Source: Dendrobates tinctorius (Eukaryota). Taken from it: a DNA stretch of 64,000 nt. The translations under genes and the position numbers were made by a program. The stretch is from positions 91,078,001-91,142,000 of the forward strand of contig NW_027361728.1 in assembly GCF_039654945.1 (NCBI RefSeq), written 5' to 3'. Positions within the stretch are counted from its first letter, which is position 1. Each line of letters opens with the position of its first letter. The notes below the pieces were generated by a model, which made no database searches, was not told the DNA's origin, and saw nothing but the letters and a program-made list of their open reading frames with translations. Below, piece after piece: positions 38,630-50,509 of this stretch.

Positions 38630-41013
38630 CTCAGACGGTGTTAGGCCCAGAATGGATTGCACGTGATTGCACAAAGGTTAGAAAGGGTACTGTATCCCCA
38701 GATAACATGTATGGATAGCGTACACATTCAAAATATATGTCTCAGGAGGCAGGCTCAGACGGTGTTAGGCCCAGTATGGATTGCACGTGATTGCACAAAG
38801 GTTAGAAAGGGTACCGTATCCCCGGATAACATGTATGGATAGCGTACACATTCAAAATATATGTCTCAGGAGGCAGGCTCAGACGGTGTTAGGCCCAGTA
38901 TGGATTGCACATGATTGCACAAAGGTTAGAAAGGGTACCGTATCCCCGGATAACATGTATGGATAGCGTACACATTCAAAATATATGTCTCAGGAGGCAG
39001 GCTCAGACGGTGTTAGGCCCAGTATGGATTGCACGTGATTGCACAAAGGTTAGAAAGGGTACCGTATCCCCAGATAACATGTATGGATAGCGTACACATT
39101 CAAAATATATGTCTCAGGAGGCAGGCTCAGACGGTGTTAGGCCCAGTATGGATTGCACGTGATTGCACAAAGGTTAGAAAGGGTACCGTTTCCCCGGATA
39201 ACATGTATGGATAGCGTACACATTCAAAATATATGTCTCAGGAGGCAGGCTCAGACGGTGTCAGGCCCAGTATGGATTGCACGTGATTGCACAAAGGTTA
39301 GAAAGGGTACCGTATCCCCAGATAACATGTATGGATAGCGTACACATTCAAAATATATGTCTCAGGAGGCAGGCTCAGACGGTGTTAGGCCCAGTATGGA
39401 TTGCACGTGATTGCACAAAGGTTAGAAAGGGTACCGTATCCCCGGATAACATGTATGGATAGCGTACACATTCAAAATATATGTCTCAGGAGGCAGGCTC
39501 AGACGGTGTTAGGCCCAGTATGGATTGCACGTGATTGCACAAAGGTTAGAAAGGGTACCGTATCCCCGGATAACATGTATGGATAGCGTACACATTCAAA
39601 ATATATGTCTCAGGAGGCAGGCTCAGACGGTGTTAGGCCCAGTATGGATTGCACGTGATTGCACAAAGGTTAGAAAGGGTACCGTATCCCCAGATAACAT
39701 GTATGGATAGTGTACACATTCAAAATATATGTCTCAGGAGGCAGGCTCAGACGGTGTTAGGCCCAGTATGGATTGCACGTGATTGCACAAAGGTTAGAAA
39801 GGGTACCGTTTCCCCGGATAACATGTATGGATAGCGTACACATTCAAAATATATGTCTCAGGAGGCAGGCTCAGATGGTGTCAGGCCCAGTATGGATTGC
39901 ACGTGATTGCACAAAGGTTAGAAAGGGTACCGTATCCCCAGATAACATGTATGGATAGCGTACACATTCAAAATATATGTCTCAGGAGGCAGGCTCAGAC
40001 GGTGTTAGGCCCAGTATGGATTGCACGTGATTGCACAAAGGTTAGAAAGGGTACCATATCCCCGGATAACATGTATGGATAGCGTACACATTCAAAATAT
40101 ATGTCTCAGGAGGCAGGCTCAGATGGTGTTAGGCCCAGTATGGATTGCATGTGATTGCACAAAGGTTAGAAAGGGTACCGTTTCCCCGGATAACATGTAT
40201 GGATAGCGTACACATTCAAAATATATGTCTCAGGAGGCAGGCTCAGACGGTGTTAGGCCCAGTATGGATTGCACGTGATTGCACAAAGGTTAGAAAGGGT
40301 ACCGTATCCCCAGATAACATGTATGGATAGCGTACACATTCAAAATATATGTCTCAGGAGGCAGGCTCAGACTGTGTTAGGCCCAGTATGGATTGCACGT
40401 GATTGCACAAAGGTTAGAAAGGGTACCGTATCCCCAGATAACATGTATGGATAGCGTACAAATTCAAAATATATGTCTCAGGAGGCAGGCTCAGACGGTG
40501 TTAGGCCCAGTATGGATTGCACGTGATTGCACAAAGGTTAGAAAGGGTACCGTATCCCCGGATAACATGTATGGATAGCGTACACATTCAAAATATATGT
40601 CTCAGGAGGCAGGCTCAGATAGTCTTAGGCCCAGTATGGATTGCACGTGATTGCACAAAGGTTAGAAAGGGTACCGTATCCCCGGATAACATGTATGGAT
40701 AGCGTACACATTCAAAATATATGTCTCAGGAGGCAGGCTCAGACGGTGTTAGGCCCAGTATGGATTGCACGTGATTGCACAAAGGTTAGAAAGGGTACCG
40801 TATCCCCAGATAACATGTATGGATAGCGTACACATTCAAAATATATGTCTCAGGAGGCAGGCTCAGACGGTGTTAGGCCCAGTATGGATTGCACGTGATT
40901 GCACAAAGGTTAGAAAGGGTACCGTATCCCCGGATAACATGTATGGATAGCGTACACATTCAAAATATATGTCTCAGGAGGCAGGCTCAGACGGTGTCAG
41001 GCACAGTATGGAT
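38630..41013. repeat. 124-bp tandem array, about 19 copies, inside the hAT
   Basis: Exact 124-bp periodicity of near-identical units. Confidence 0.98.
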
Positions 41014-41432
41014 TTGACGGCCCAGATTACACAGTGGAGGAGCAGGGAGAGGTAAAGATTGCAAATGCTGGGGCCCTGCCCAAGCAAGGGGGGCCCACTC
41101 GTGGGCGTCGTTACTGGCACTGGGCCCCTCATAGTACAGCGGTGTGTCTGACGGCGGGTGTGCACCACCACCGTCAGAGACACTTGATTGCACTATGAGG
41201 GACCCTGTGCCAGTGCCCGCGCCCAAGAGTCGGCCTACCCACCTGTCCAGGGCAACGGCACTCGTACGGTGTCGTGCGCTAGGTGGTGACCCCGGCCATG
41301 GGGGGGAGGCAGCACAGTTAGGGAGTTTTAGAAAGTGGCATATGTTGATGTTGGACATTCAGCTGATGCAAAAGGTGAAATAGGTGAAGTCCCAGGAAGA
41401 GGTGGACCAAAGCAAGCCATTTTTCTGTCACC

Positions 41433-44400
41433 CTATGTGTCATCAGGGGAAGGTGGGACAAAATCCTTGGAAACCCATGCGTGGTTCATTTTAATGAAGG
41501 TTAGATCATCCACATTTTGGGTTGACAGACGGGTCCTTTTTTCTGTCAGGATTGATCCAGCTGCACTGAAGACTCTTTCCGATAGCACACTTGCAGCTGG
41601 GCAAGCGAGCTCCTGTAAGGCATATTGGGCCAATTCAGGCCAGGTGTCCAGTTTAGCGGCCCAATAGTCAAAGGGGAATGACCTGTGTGGGAGAACATCG
41701 ATATGGGAGGAAAAGTAGTTTGTAACCATAGTTGACAACTGCTGTCTCCTGTCACTTTCCATCGATGCAGTATTACCAGTTGTGTGAGCGGTATTTGAAA
41801 AATCAGTCCACAACATTGTCATGAAACCCCTATCTCCAACGCCACTTCTGCTGTGTGCACCACGAACACCTCTGCCAAGCTGCCCCCGGCCCGTACGGCT
41901 CGTGTGAGAACCATCACCGCTGCTGTGTGCTGGGAATGCCTCAAGCAACCGATTTACCAGAGTTGCTTGTTTATTAGCCAATATTAGGTCAAGGTTCTCC
42001 TGTGGCATGATGTTTTGTAATTTGCCTTTATAGCGTGGATCCAGGATGCTGGCCAACCAGTAGTCGTCATCGATCATCATTTTGGCAATGCGGGGGTCCC
42101 TTTTTAGGATCCGCAAGGCATAATCTGACATGTGGGCCAATGTTCCCGGTGTCAATGATGCACTGCGAGTGCTGGGTGGAGGAGCATTTTCTGGCAAATC
42201 CACATCCCTCCACTCACGCACAAACCCTGTACCTGACCTTGCCACGCCAACATTTTCACTTGCCCCACGAGATGCATCCTCCTCCCCTAAGTAATCATCC
42301 CCATCATCATCCTCCTCTTCTTCCTCCACCTCGTCCAGGAGAGGTCCCTGAGCAGACAATGGCTGAATGTCATCAAGGATTCCCTCCTCCTCTTCCTCCT
42401 CATCAACATTGGCTGCAGACGCCTGCTCCTTAAGGTGCGTCAAAGTTTGCATGAGCAGACGCATAAGTGGGATGCTCATGCTTAGGATGGCGTCGTCTGC
42501 GCTTACCAGCCGTGTGCATTCCTCAAAACACTGAAGGACTTTACAGAGGTCTTTCAGCTTCGACCACTGCACACCTGTCAACTCCATGTCTGCTCTCAAA
42601 GTGCCTGGCCGTGTATCCTCCCACAAATGCATTATGGCCTGCCTCTGCTCGCACAGCCGCTCCACCATGTGCAGGGTGGAGTTCCACCTTGTTGCAATGT
42701 CGATAATGAGGCGGTGGTTGGGAAGGTGGAGCAATCGCTGCAGCTTCTGCATACGAACGGAGTGTACAGGCGACCGGCGGATGTGCGCGCACAGTCTTCG
42801 CACCTTCTGGAGCAGGGCTGTTAACTCCAGATAATTTTTGAGGAAGCACTGCACCACCAGGTTCAAAGTGTGAGCCAAGCAAGGTATGTGGCTGAGTTTT
42901 GAAAGGGCTATGGCAGCTACAAAATTACGGCCGTTATCACTAACTACCTTGCCTGCCTCAAGATGTACACTGCCCAGCCATGACTCAGTTTGTCGCTTCA
43001 AGTACTCGGCCAGCACCTCGGCGGTGTGTCTGTCGCCCAAACACATCATCTGCAACACAGCCTGCTGACGCTTTCCACTAGCTGCTCGATAGGGGGACAC
43101 ATCGTGTGCAACAGTGGCAGCTGCAGATGGAGCGCTCGTACGACTGCGCTCTGTGGACGAGCTTTCGCTTCTGGAGGAGGAGGAGGAGGAGGAGGAGGGT
43201 CGAACGCCTACATCCAACTGTTTCCTATACCGTGGGCTAGGCAGCACAGTCCCACCACCGCTGTCCCCTGTGGACCCTGCATCCACCACATTAACCCAGT
43301 GCGCAGTGATGGACACGTAACGGCCCTGGCCATGCCGACTGGACCATGCATCAGTTGTGAGGTGCACCTTTCCGCTCACTGACTGCTTGAGTGCATGGAC
43401 AATGCGGTCTTTCTCATGATGGTGGAGGGCTGGGATGGCTTTGCGAGAGAAGAAGTGGCGACTGGGTAGGTCATAGCGTGGTACTGCATAGGCCATGAGT
43501 TCGCGGAAAGCTGTGCTTTCCACCAACCGAAAGGGCATCATCTCAAACGAGATTAGTTTGGCAATGTGGGCGTTCAAACCCAGTGTACGCGGATGAGAGA
43601 CTGAGTACTTTCTTGACCTACTCATAGTGTCTGGGAGGGTGAGCTGGACTTGAGAGCTGCATATGGTGGAAGTAGCGGTGGACAGGGCGGACTGAGAGAG
43701 GGTTGATGATGGTGATGGAGTTGGTGTTCTTTCTGATGGCCTAGAATCAGTCTTTCGTTGATATAACAGTGGGATTCCCTGACTGCTGTGGCCTTGCAAC
43801 GACACCTCAACATTTGCTGCTGTGCTAACCGGTGGGCTTACAGTGGGGGAAACAATGTAGCGTTGCTGACTACCTTCGTTGTGATCAGTTGCACATGTGG
43901 CACTTGAGGTTTGGTGTTGTGTCCACGCTTGCAAGTGCATGCTGGTTAAATGTCTAAGCATGCAACTGGTATTCAAATTTTTCAGATTTTTCCCTCGGCT
44001 AAAGGTCTTTGCGCACTTCTTACAGATAACCTTGGCCTGATCATGAGGATTTTGGTCAAAAAAGTGCCACACTGCACTCTTCCTACTTTGGCAGACATTT
44101 TGCGGCCTAGCACGCTGTGATCTTTTGACCCTCTGGACAAGCTGTCCAGCAACTCTTTTGATGTTTGGAACCTGTCTTTGGAGTGCTCAGGGCCTGCCAG
44201 ATAACAGCTGTTGCGATGTCGATGTCTGCTGTGGATGCTCCTCATCTGAGCTATTGGAAGCAGCACCCTCTTCCCCCAATGGATGCCAATCTGGGTCAAC
44301 AACTGGGTCATCCATCACCTCCTCTTCTATGTCATGTGCACCTTCCTCTGTGTCACCGTGTATGGTGGTATAGTGTGCGGGAAGGGGCACCTGAGTCTCA

Positions 44401-44972
44401 TCAGGGTCAGAATCTGGCTCTGTACACTGCGAGGACAATGTAGTGCTCTGAGTGAATGTACCAGCAGAATCATCCATCAGCGGCTGTGCATCAGTGCACT
44501 CCATGTCAGATTCATCTTGGCCTGGGTAATTCACCATTTCACTTGATAATCCAGGCATGGTATGTGAAAACAGCTCCATGGAGTAATCAGTAGTATGGCC
44601 TGCGTCATCCTTCAATCTTGGTTGGGGTGAAGGACACAAGGAAAGGTGTGGTTCATGAACATGAGCCTCCAATGACGACTCAGTGCTTTTACTTTTTACA
44701 ACTGAAGAAGAGGAGGCGATAGAGCTGGAGGCTGAGTCAGCAATGTAAGACAAAACTTTTTCCTGATGCTCTGGCTTTAAAAGCGGTTTGCCAACTCCTA
44801 GAAAACTAAGCGTTCGAGGCCTTATGTAGCCAGACGATGACGCAGGCTCAACACCTCCTGCATTCGGTCCTATTTTGCTCTTGCCACTACCATCAGATCC
44901 ACCACCAACACCATCATTACCAGCTGCCAACCCCCGCCCAATTCCACGGCCTCTTCCACCAGCCTTCCTCAT
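41433..44972 (-). pseudogene. hAT transposase (BED finger, DDE core, hATC dimerisation domain), about 1179 codons with one in-frame TGA
   Basis: ORFs 44187-45074 and 41433-44072 share a frame and are separated only by TGA at 44187-44189; VWHFF..CKKC, LTTDAWS, VSDNG, CLAH, TRWNS, SERVFS. Confidence 0.93.
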
Positions 44973-45047
44973 TTTTGGTAGAAATGTAGACAAAATCCAA
45001 CAAACTATATAGTAATGTAAAACAAGGTACAAGGTGTCTATAGGACA

Positions 45048-45790
45048 GGGGAGATTTTGAATTTCTGCAGACACTTGTGGACAGTTTTGGATTGTGTGAG
45101 GCCCACTGATATCTGAGCGCTATGTCACAGGCTCGATGGCACAGCTGTGACAAAAGTGACGAGAGGATAAGGGAGATTTTGAATTTCTGCAGACACTTGT
45201 GGACAGTTTTGTATTGTGTGAGGCCCACTGATATCTGAGCGCTATGTCACAGGCTCGATGGCACAGCTGTGACAAAAGTGACGAGAGGATAAGGGAGATT
45301 TTGAATTTCTGCAGACACTTGTGGACAGTTTTGGATTGTGTGAGGCCCACTGATATCTGAGCGCTATGTCACAGGCTCGATGGCACAGCTGTGACAAAAG
45401 TGACGAGAGGATAAGGGAGATTTTGAATTTCTGCAGACACTTGTGGACAGTTTTGGATTGTGTGAGGCCCACTGATATCTGAGCGCTATGTCACAGGCTC
45501 GATGGCACAGCTGTGACAAAAGTGACGAGAGGATAAGGGAGATTTTGAATTTCTGCAGACACTTTTGGACAGTTTTGGATTGTGTGAGGCCCACTGATAT
45601 CGGAGCGCTATGTCACAGGCTCGATGGCACAGCTGTGACAAAAGTGACGAGAGGATAAGGGAGATTTTGAATTTCTGCAGACACTTGTGGACAGTTTTGG
45701 ATTGTGTGAGGCCCACTGATATCTGAGCGCTATGTCACAGGCTCGATGGCACAGCTGTGACAAAAGGGACTAGAGGATAAGGGAGATTGG
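45048..45790. repeat. 122-bp tandem array, about 6 copies, followed by a ~217-bp duplication (about 45790-46200)
   Basis: 122-bp periodicity; GGATTGCTTTTAAAAAAGCAGTTTG occurs twice. Confidence 0.95.
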
Positions 45791-46267
45791 ATTGCTTTTA
45801 AAAAAGCAGTTTGTGGAGCAGTTGGTAAACAGCAATGCCAGCCTGTCAGGAAGCCTTAAAAGGCAGCCCAACAACCAACACCACTGATACACCACAATAT
45901 AGCCTCCCCTTGCACTGCACACACAGTGACTGGTGTGTTGTGCAGGCCAAATTGCTAGCAGCAGAAGCAGTTTTTTTTTCTTCTCAGGACAAAAAAAAAA
46001 AATTGGGATTGCTTTTAAAAAAGCAGTTTGCGGAGCAGTGGGTAAACAGCAATGCAGGAATGTCAGGAAGCCTTAGAAGGCAGCCCAACAACCAACACCA
46101 CTGATACACCACTATATAGCCTCCCCTTGCACTGCACACACAGTGACTGGTGTGTTGTGCAGGCCAAATCGCTAGCAGCAGAAGCAGTTTTTTTGTCTTC
46201 TTCCCTGCCTAACGCTCTCCCTACAGAATCAGCAGCAACCTCTCCCTATACTGAGATCGGCAGAAGT

Positions 46268-46412
46268 AAGATGGCGGTCGGCGTGCACGCCCTTTTATAC
46301 CCCCTGTGACGCCCACCAAAGCAAGCCAATCACTTGCATGCCCTTCTGAAAGATGGTGGTGACCCCTGCCTATGTCATCACGTTGCCCACAGTGTCCGTG
46401 GATCCTGATTGG
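46268..46412 (-). promoter_or_regulatory. Putative hAT transposase promoter
   Basis: CCAAT boxes (46326-46330, 46408-46412), minus-strand TATAAAA (46293-46299), YY1-type CCGCCATCTT (46268-46277), oriented towards the ORF. Confidence 0.55.
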
Positions 46413-48737
46413 CTGAAAAAGAGCGCAAAACAAACTTTTGAAACGCGACTTTGGCGCGTAAGTCGCCGACCTCGTGGCCTACCTCATCCTAGGGTCGGGT
46501 TTCGTTTCATGAAACCCGACTTTGCAAAAAGTCGGCGACTTTTGAAATTTTTCGACCCGTTTCGCTCAACTCTAACCACAACTATGAGAGTCAAAATGAG
46601 AAAACAAATCCAGAAAATCACCTTGTCTGATTTGGCAAGATTTATTTTGCAAATTACACCAACTACTCATGCCTATACTCATCTCTCCATATTCAGCAGT
46701 AGGTCCCCACTGCTGGCCACAACTCTAAGCAAGTGGTGTATCAGATTGCAAGACATCCAGATTCACCCCTCCTCACTCCTGCAATTCACCCTATGGATGA
46801 TTTTGGACTCTGCTCACTTTCCTTCTGCTGCCAGCTGTGTCAGCTTGCCCAACAATTGGTTCTGCTCAGAAACATTGGTCTAGCAGCCTATTTTCACAAG
46901 GACTCTGGCCTCACCCTCTCACCTGCTATATATGATGCATGATTTTTCTGGCTTTTGTTCCTGATTACTATTATTAACTCTGACCATGTTATTTATCTTG
47001 AATTTTTTACTATTTTGGCTTTGATCCTGCTTCTTGAATTTCTTGTTTGGCACCTGATGTCTGGGCTCTGGCCTACACACTTTCTCAATTTACAGCTTCA
47101 TTCATCTAGATCTCCTTCTATTGATGATCCTGACTGTGTTTTGGTTACTCCTGCACACGTGCTACTATTTTAATATTATTTTGGAGACCCCATCCTCACA
47201 TTTTGACCATGAAAATCCATCTATTCTGGTTGATGTTGGACAGCCATGAAATATACGGTCATGCTGAGTCCATTAAAATGAGAGTTCCTCTTTGCAACAT
47301 ATCTCCACTCTGACTAATGGAGGGGTCCTATGCAAATTACAAATATCTGCTTTAATATGGCCATTGGATTAAGTTTGCTTCTTGAAATGCTTATGCATCA
47401 TTTTCAGATCCATGTTTTCCTTTCTTCACCTCGGTCCACTAAACACTGTTATGCTCCACATCAGGTTTTGAAGATGACCCGGTGTGATCCCATATGAACA
47501 TTTGCCTGGGACTATATAAGGCTCATCAAGACACACATCTGTGTCTTGGTATTAAGACTTTTAGCTTGCCTGTTCACGGTTCCCTGTCTGCAGTCTTCAG
47601 GATATCTCCTGGCTCCCTGTTGCTTCTAGTCTCTTAGCTATCCATCTGTAAGAAAGTGGGCAAGAGAGAAAAAGAGTAGAGTTGAAGTTCTATCCTAGCT
47701 GAGTAATTGCAAGTGAACATCGCCATCTGCTGGTCAAAGGCAAAAGTGAAAGCAAAGGTAGAAATGCAGTAGTAGGAACCTAATAGTGGAAACCTATGTC
47801 CTCAGAGGAGAAGATTAAAGACAACACCAGGTCATGTAACACCTCTGTCCCAGTTGCTATTTATAAAAGGTCTGGCCGGGCCGAGAAGAGGAAATTTGTG
47901 CCAGACCCTGTACCAGAACAGGTCATGTGGCAGCTATTTGGGCTTACAGCCACCATCGTCACAGAATGGTATGAGAGAGATCAGATGCCAGAGAAGGCCT
48001 CTGCTTTGAAAGCGATTCATGCTCTATGCCAGTAGATGATCCGTACCCAGCAACAGTAAAAGATTTGTAAGCAGCGCCAGCAGAAGATCCGCAAACAACG
48101 CCAGTAGACGATTTGTACTCACACCAGTAGAAGTCCATAAGCTGCACCATTAAAAGACAGTTACCAGATCTGAACCAGGCTGGGGAAATGATCTGGCTGT
48201 ATCACAGGACTGTTCCTGTGGGCCGTAACTTCCAGTGCATATGTACAGTACAGGCTGAGGGCTGGGGCCATGCTTCAGGGACCAGAGACAGACAGTGTGT
48301 CGAGCACAATGAAACCCAATGACTCACATATCTAAGACTTGCAGCATAGCGGGAAATACTAATGACCCCCACTAGGGCCAGTATAGTGATCAGAGGTGTT
48401 TATAGAGACTACAACAGGGATTTGCCTCGTACTGAGAATGACGCCTGTGAAGTTGACACATAAATGCATTAACCGTATTTTAACTGCTAGATACAAGAAC
48501 GATGTATCTAATAGAACTTTGCTTAGATATTGTATTTAGTCGTATTGCATTGTCATAATATATTGCATTAACCCTGTTACTGTTACCGGCAATATAGTGT
48601 TTACTGGTATATATAGTTATAAATGGATTATCCTTTTTTGTTAGTCAAATAGTGTTGATTAAGTATCAATGCCTCCTCATTGTCTGTGCTATTGCATCCA
48701 AGTAACCTGCTTACACTTCTGCCTGAGGTTATTAGTG

Positions 48738-49030
48738 CCTCAGCTACCTGTTTGCCTGTGGCCTCCAGTACCTCAGTTATCTGTCTACCTGTGGCTTCCA
48801 GTACCTCAGTTATCGGTCTGCCTGTGGCTTCCAGTATCTCAGTTATCTGTCTGCCTGTGGCTTCCAGTACCTCAGTTATCTGTCTGCCTGTGGCTTCCAG
48901 TACCTCAGTTAGTCATACCTCAATTAACTGCCTGTGGCTTCCAGTACCTCAGTTACCTGTCTGCCTATGGTTTCCAGTACCTCCGTTAACTGTTTGCCCA
49001 CAGCTTCCAGTCTTTCTGTTACCTGTCTGC
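48738..49030. repeat. 33-bp minisatellite, about 8-9 degenerate copies
   Basis: CCTCAGTTATCTGTCTGCCTGTGGCTTCCAGTA. Confidence 0.9.
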
Positions 49031-49289
49031 TACTTCTAGTAGCTCTGCTATTTCCTGTGTGCCACACCTGAAGGCTGCACCAATGCCTGTGGCCGGTGTG
49101 CCCACCTCGACCTTGGGCTTTGAATATCCACCTTACCAATTGAGCCTTACAGAAACAATACTTTTAATAAGAGAAGGTGGGCAGCGTGAGGAGGTGGTGT
49201 GGTAGATCTAAATTGCGAATTTATGTGTACTGATTTCAGTCATTGCAGAGCACTACAGAAAATAAAAATTAAGATTTCATGAATCTTAC

Positions 49290-49451
49290 CTCAAAAATTA
49301 CATCACCTAAGCATCGAAATGTTAAATATGGACCAATAACGTTCAATACATCTTCTTTACTTTCATTCTGAATTGTGAACTTTGGCACAAGAGGATCCCA
49401 TTTCTGGACAATGAAACCAACAGTTGTCCCAGGGGGAGCTTGTACTTCTAG
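49290..49451 (-). CDS. PLSCR5: Internal coding exon of a phospholipid scramblase (PLSCR5-like)
   Basis: Polypyrimidine tract + TAG acceptor, GAG|GTAAG donor, 162 bp phase 0-0; translates LEVQAPPGTTVGFIVQKWDPLVPKFTIQNESKEDVLNVIGPYLTFRCLGDVIFE. QKWDP favours PLSCR5 over PLSCR1 by recalled sequence; family call is strong, paralogue less so. Confidence 0.88.
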
Positions 49452-50509
49452 CTAAAAAGAAAAAAAAACTTCAATTAGTCAAACTGGAAAATGATGTCTA
49501 AATTCATCTACAACAGTAACTTTCAATACCCTTGACATTACCAGGGGGTTGTCACTTAGTGCTGATTGTCAATGCAACTCATTCAGCAATATCTGTCCTG
49601 AGCAATATGTCCATTATAAAACAAAGAAAGCTGTAATTTCCTCACTGTGTGTCAAAAATCATCACAAATGTGGTAAAGTGTTTAATTGTGCACAAAAATG
49701 CATTACTCAAAGCTCTATGCATCTGAATGAAAAGAGCAAAGCAGTTGTGTACGCGCAGATGTGTACAATAAATCTATTACCTTTCGTTCAGGATTTTTTT
49801 CATATTATTCTTCAAACTATAGTATATACAGTATATCTATATGTATAAAATGAGGGCGTATTAGTGAACTCTAGTTAACCCCTTCACCCCCAAGGGTGGT
49901 TTGCACGTTCATGACCAGGCCAATTTTTACAATTCTGACCACTGTACCTTTATGAGGTCATAACTCTGGAACACTTCCATGGATCCTGGTGATTCTGACA
50001 TTGTTTTCTCGTGACATATTGTACTTCATGTTAGTGGTAAAACTTCATTCAAATAACTTGCATTTATTTGTGAGAAAAACGGAAATTTGGCGAAAATTTT
50101 GAAAATTTCGCAATTTTCCAACTTTGAATTTTTATGCCCTTAAATCACAGAGATACGGCACACAAAAAACTTGATAACTAACATTTCCCACATGTTTACT
50201 TTACATCAGCACAATTTTGGAACCAAAATTTTTTTTTGTTAGGAAGTTATAAGGGTTAAAAGTTGACCAGTGATTTCTCATTTTTACAACACCATTTTAT
50301 TTTTAGGACCACATCACATTTGAAGCCACTTTGAGGGGTCTATATGATAGAAAATACCCAAAAGTGACACCATTCTAAAAACTGCACCCCTTAAGGTGCT
50401 CAAAACCACATTCAAGAAGTTTATTAACCCTTTAGGTGCGTCACAGGAATTTTTTTGAATATTTAAAAAAAAATGAACATCTAACTTTTTTTCATTAAAA
50501 AAATACTTC

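Larger units (their letters stand above)
37919..46574 (-). mobile_element. Full-length autonomous-type hAT transposon (8656 bp)
   Basis: TIRs TAGAGTTGAGCGA / TCGCTCAACTCTA; perfect 8-bp TSD ACCACAAC; transposase ORF. Confidence 0.96.
37846..46655. mobile_element. Tc1 terminal fragment split by the large hAT (pieces 37846-37918 and 46575-46655)
   Basis: TA+CAGTGGGGAAAAAGTAATTAGTCAGCCACCAATTGTGCAAGTTCTCCCAC, continuing after the hAT with ...AAATCCAGAAAATCAC. Confidence 0.7.

Noticed and set aside
38630-41013. CRISPR-like array or a cluster of 61-aa genes
   Set aside because: Head-to-tail near-identical 124-bp units with no unique spacers and no cas genes; the ORFs are by-products of the repeat
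41433-44072. Domesticated host ZBED gene
   Set aside because: Enclosed by perfect TIRs and an 8-bp TSD, with an upstream in-frame stop; it is a transposon
46660-49150. LTR-like debris and short ORFs
   Set aside because: No termini, TSD or protein motif could be fixed; only the 33-bp minisatellite is reported
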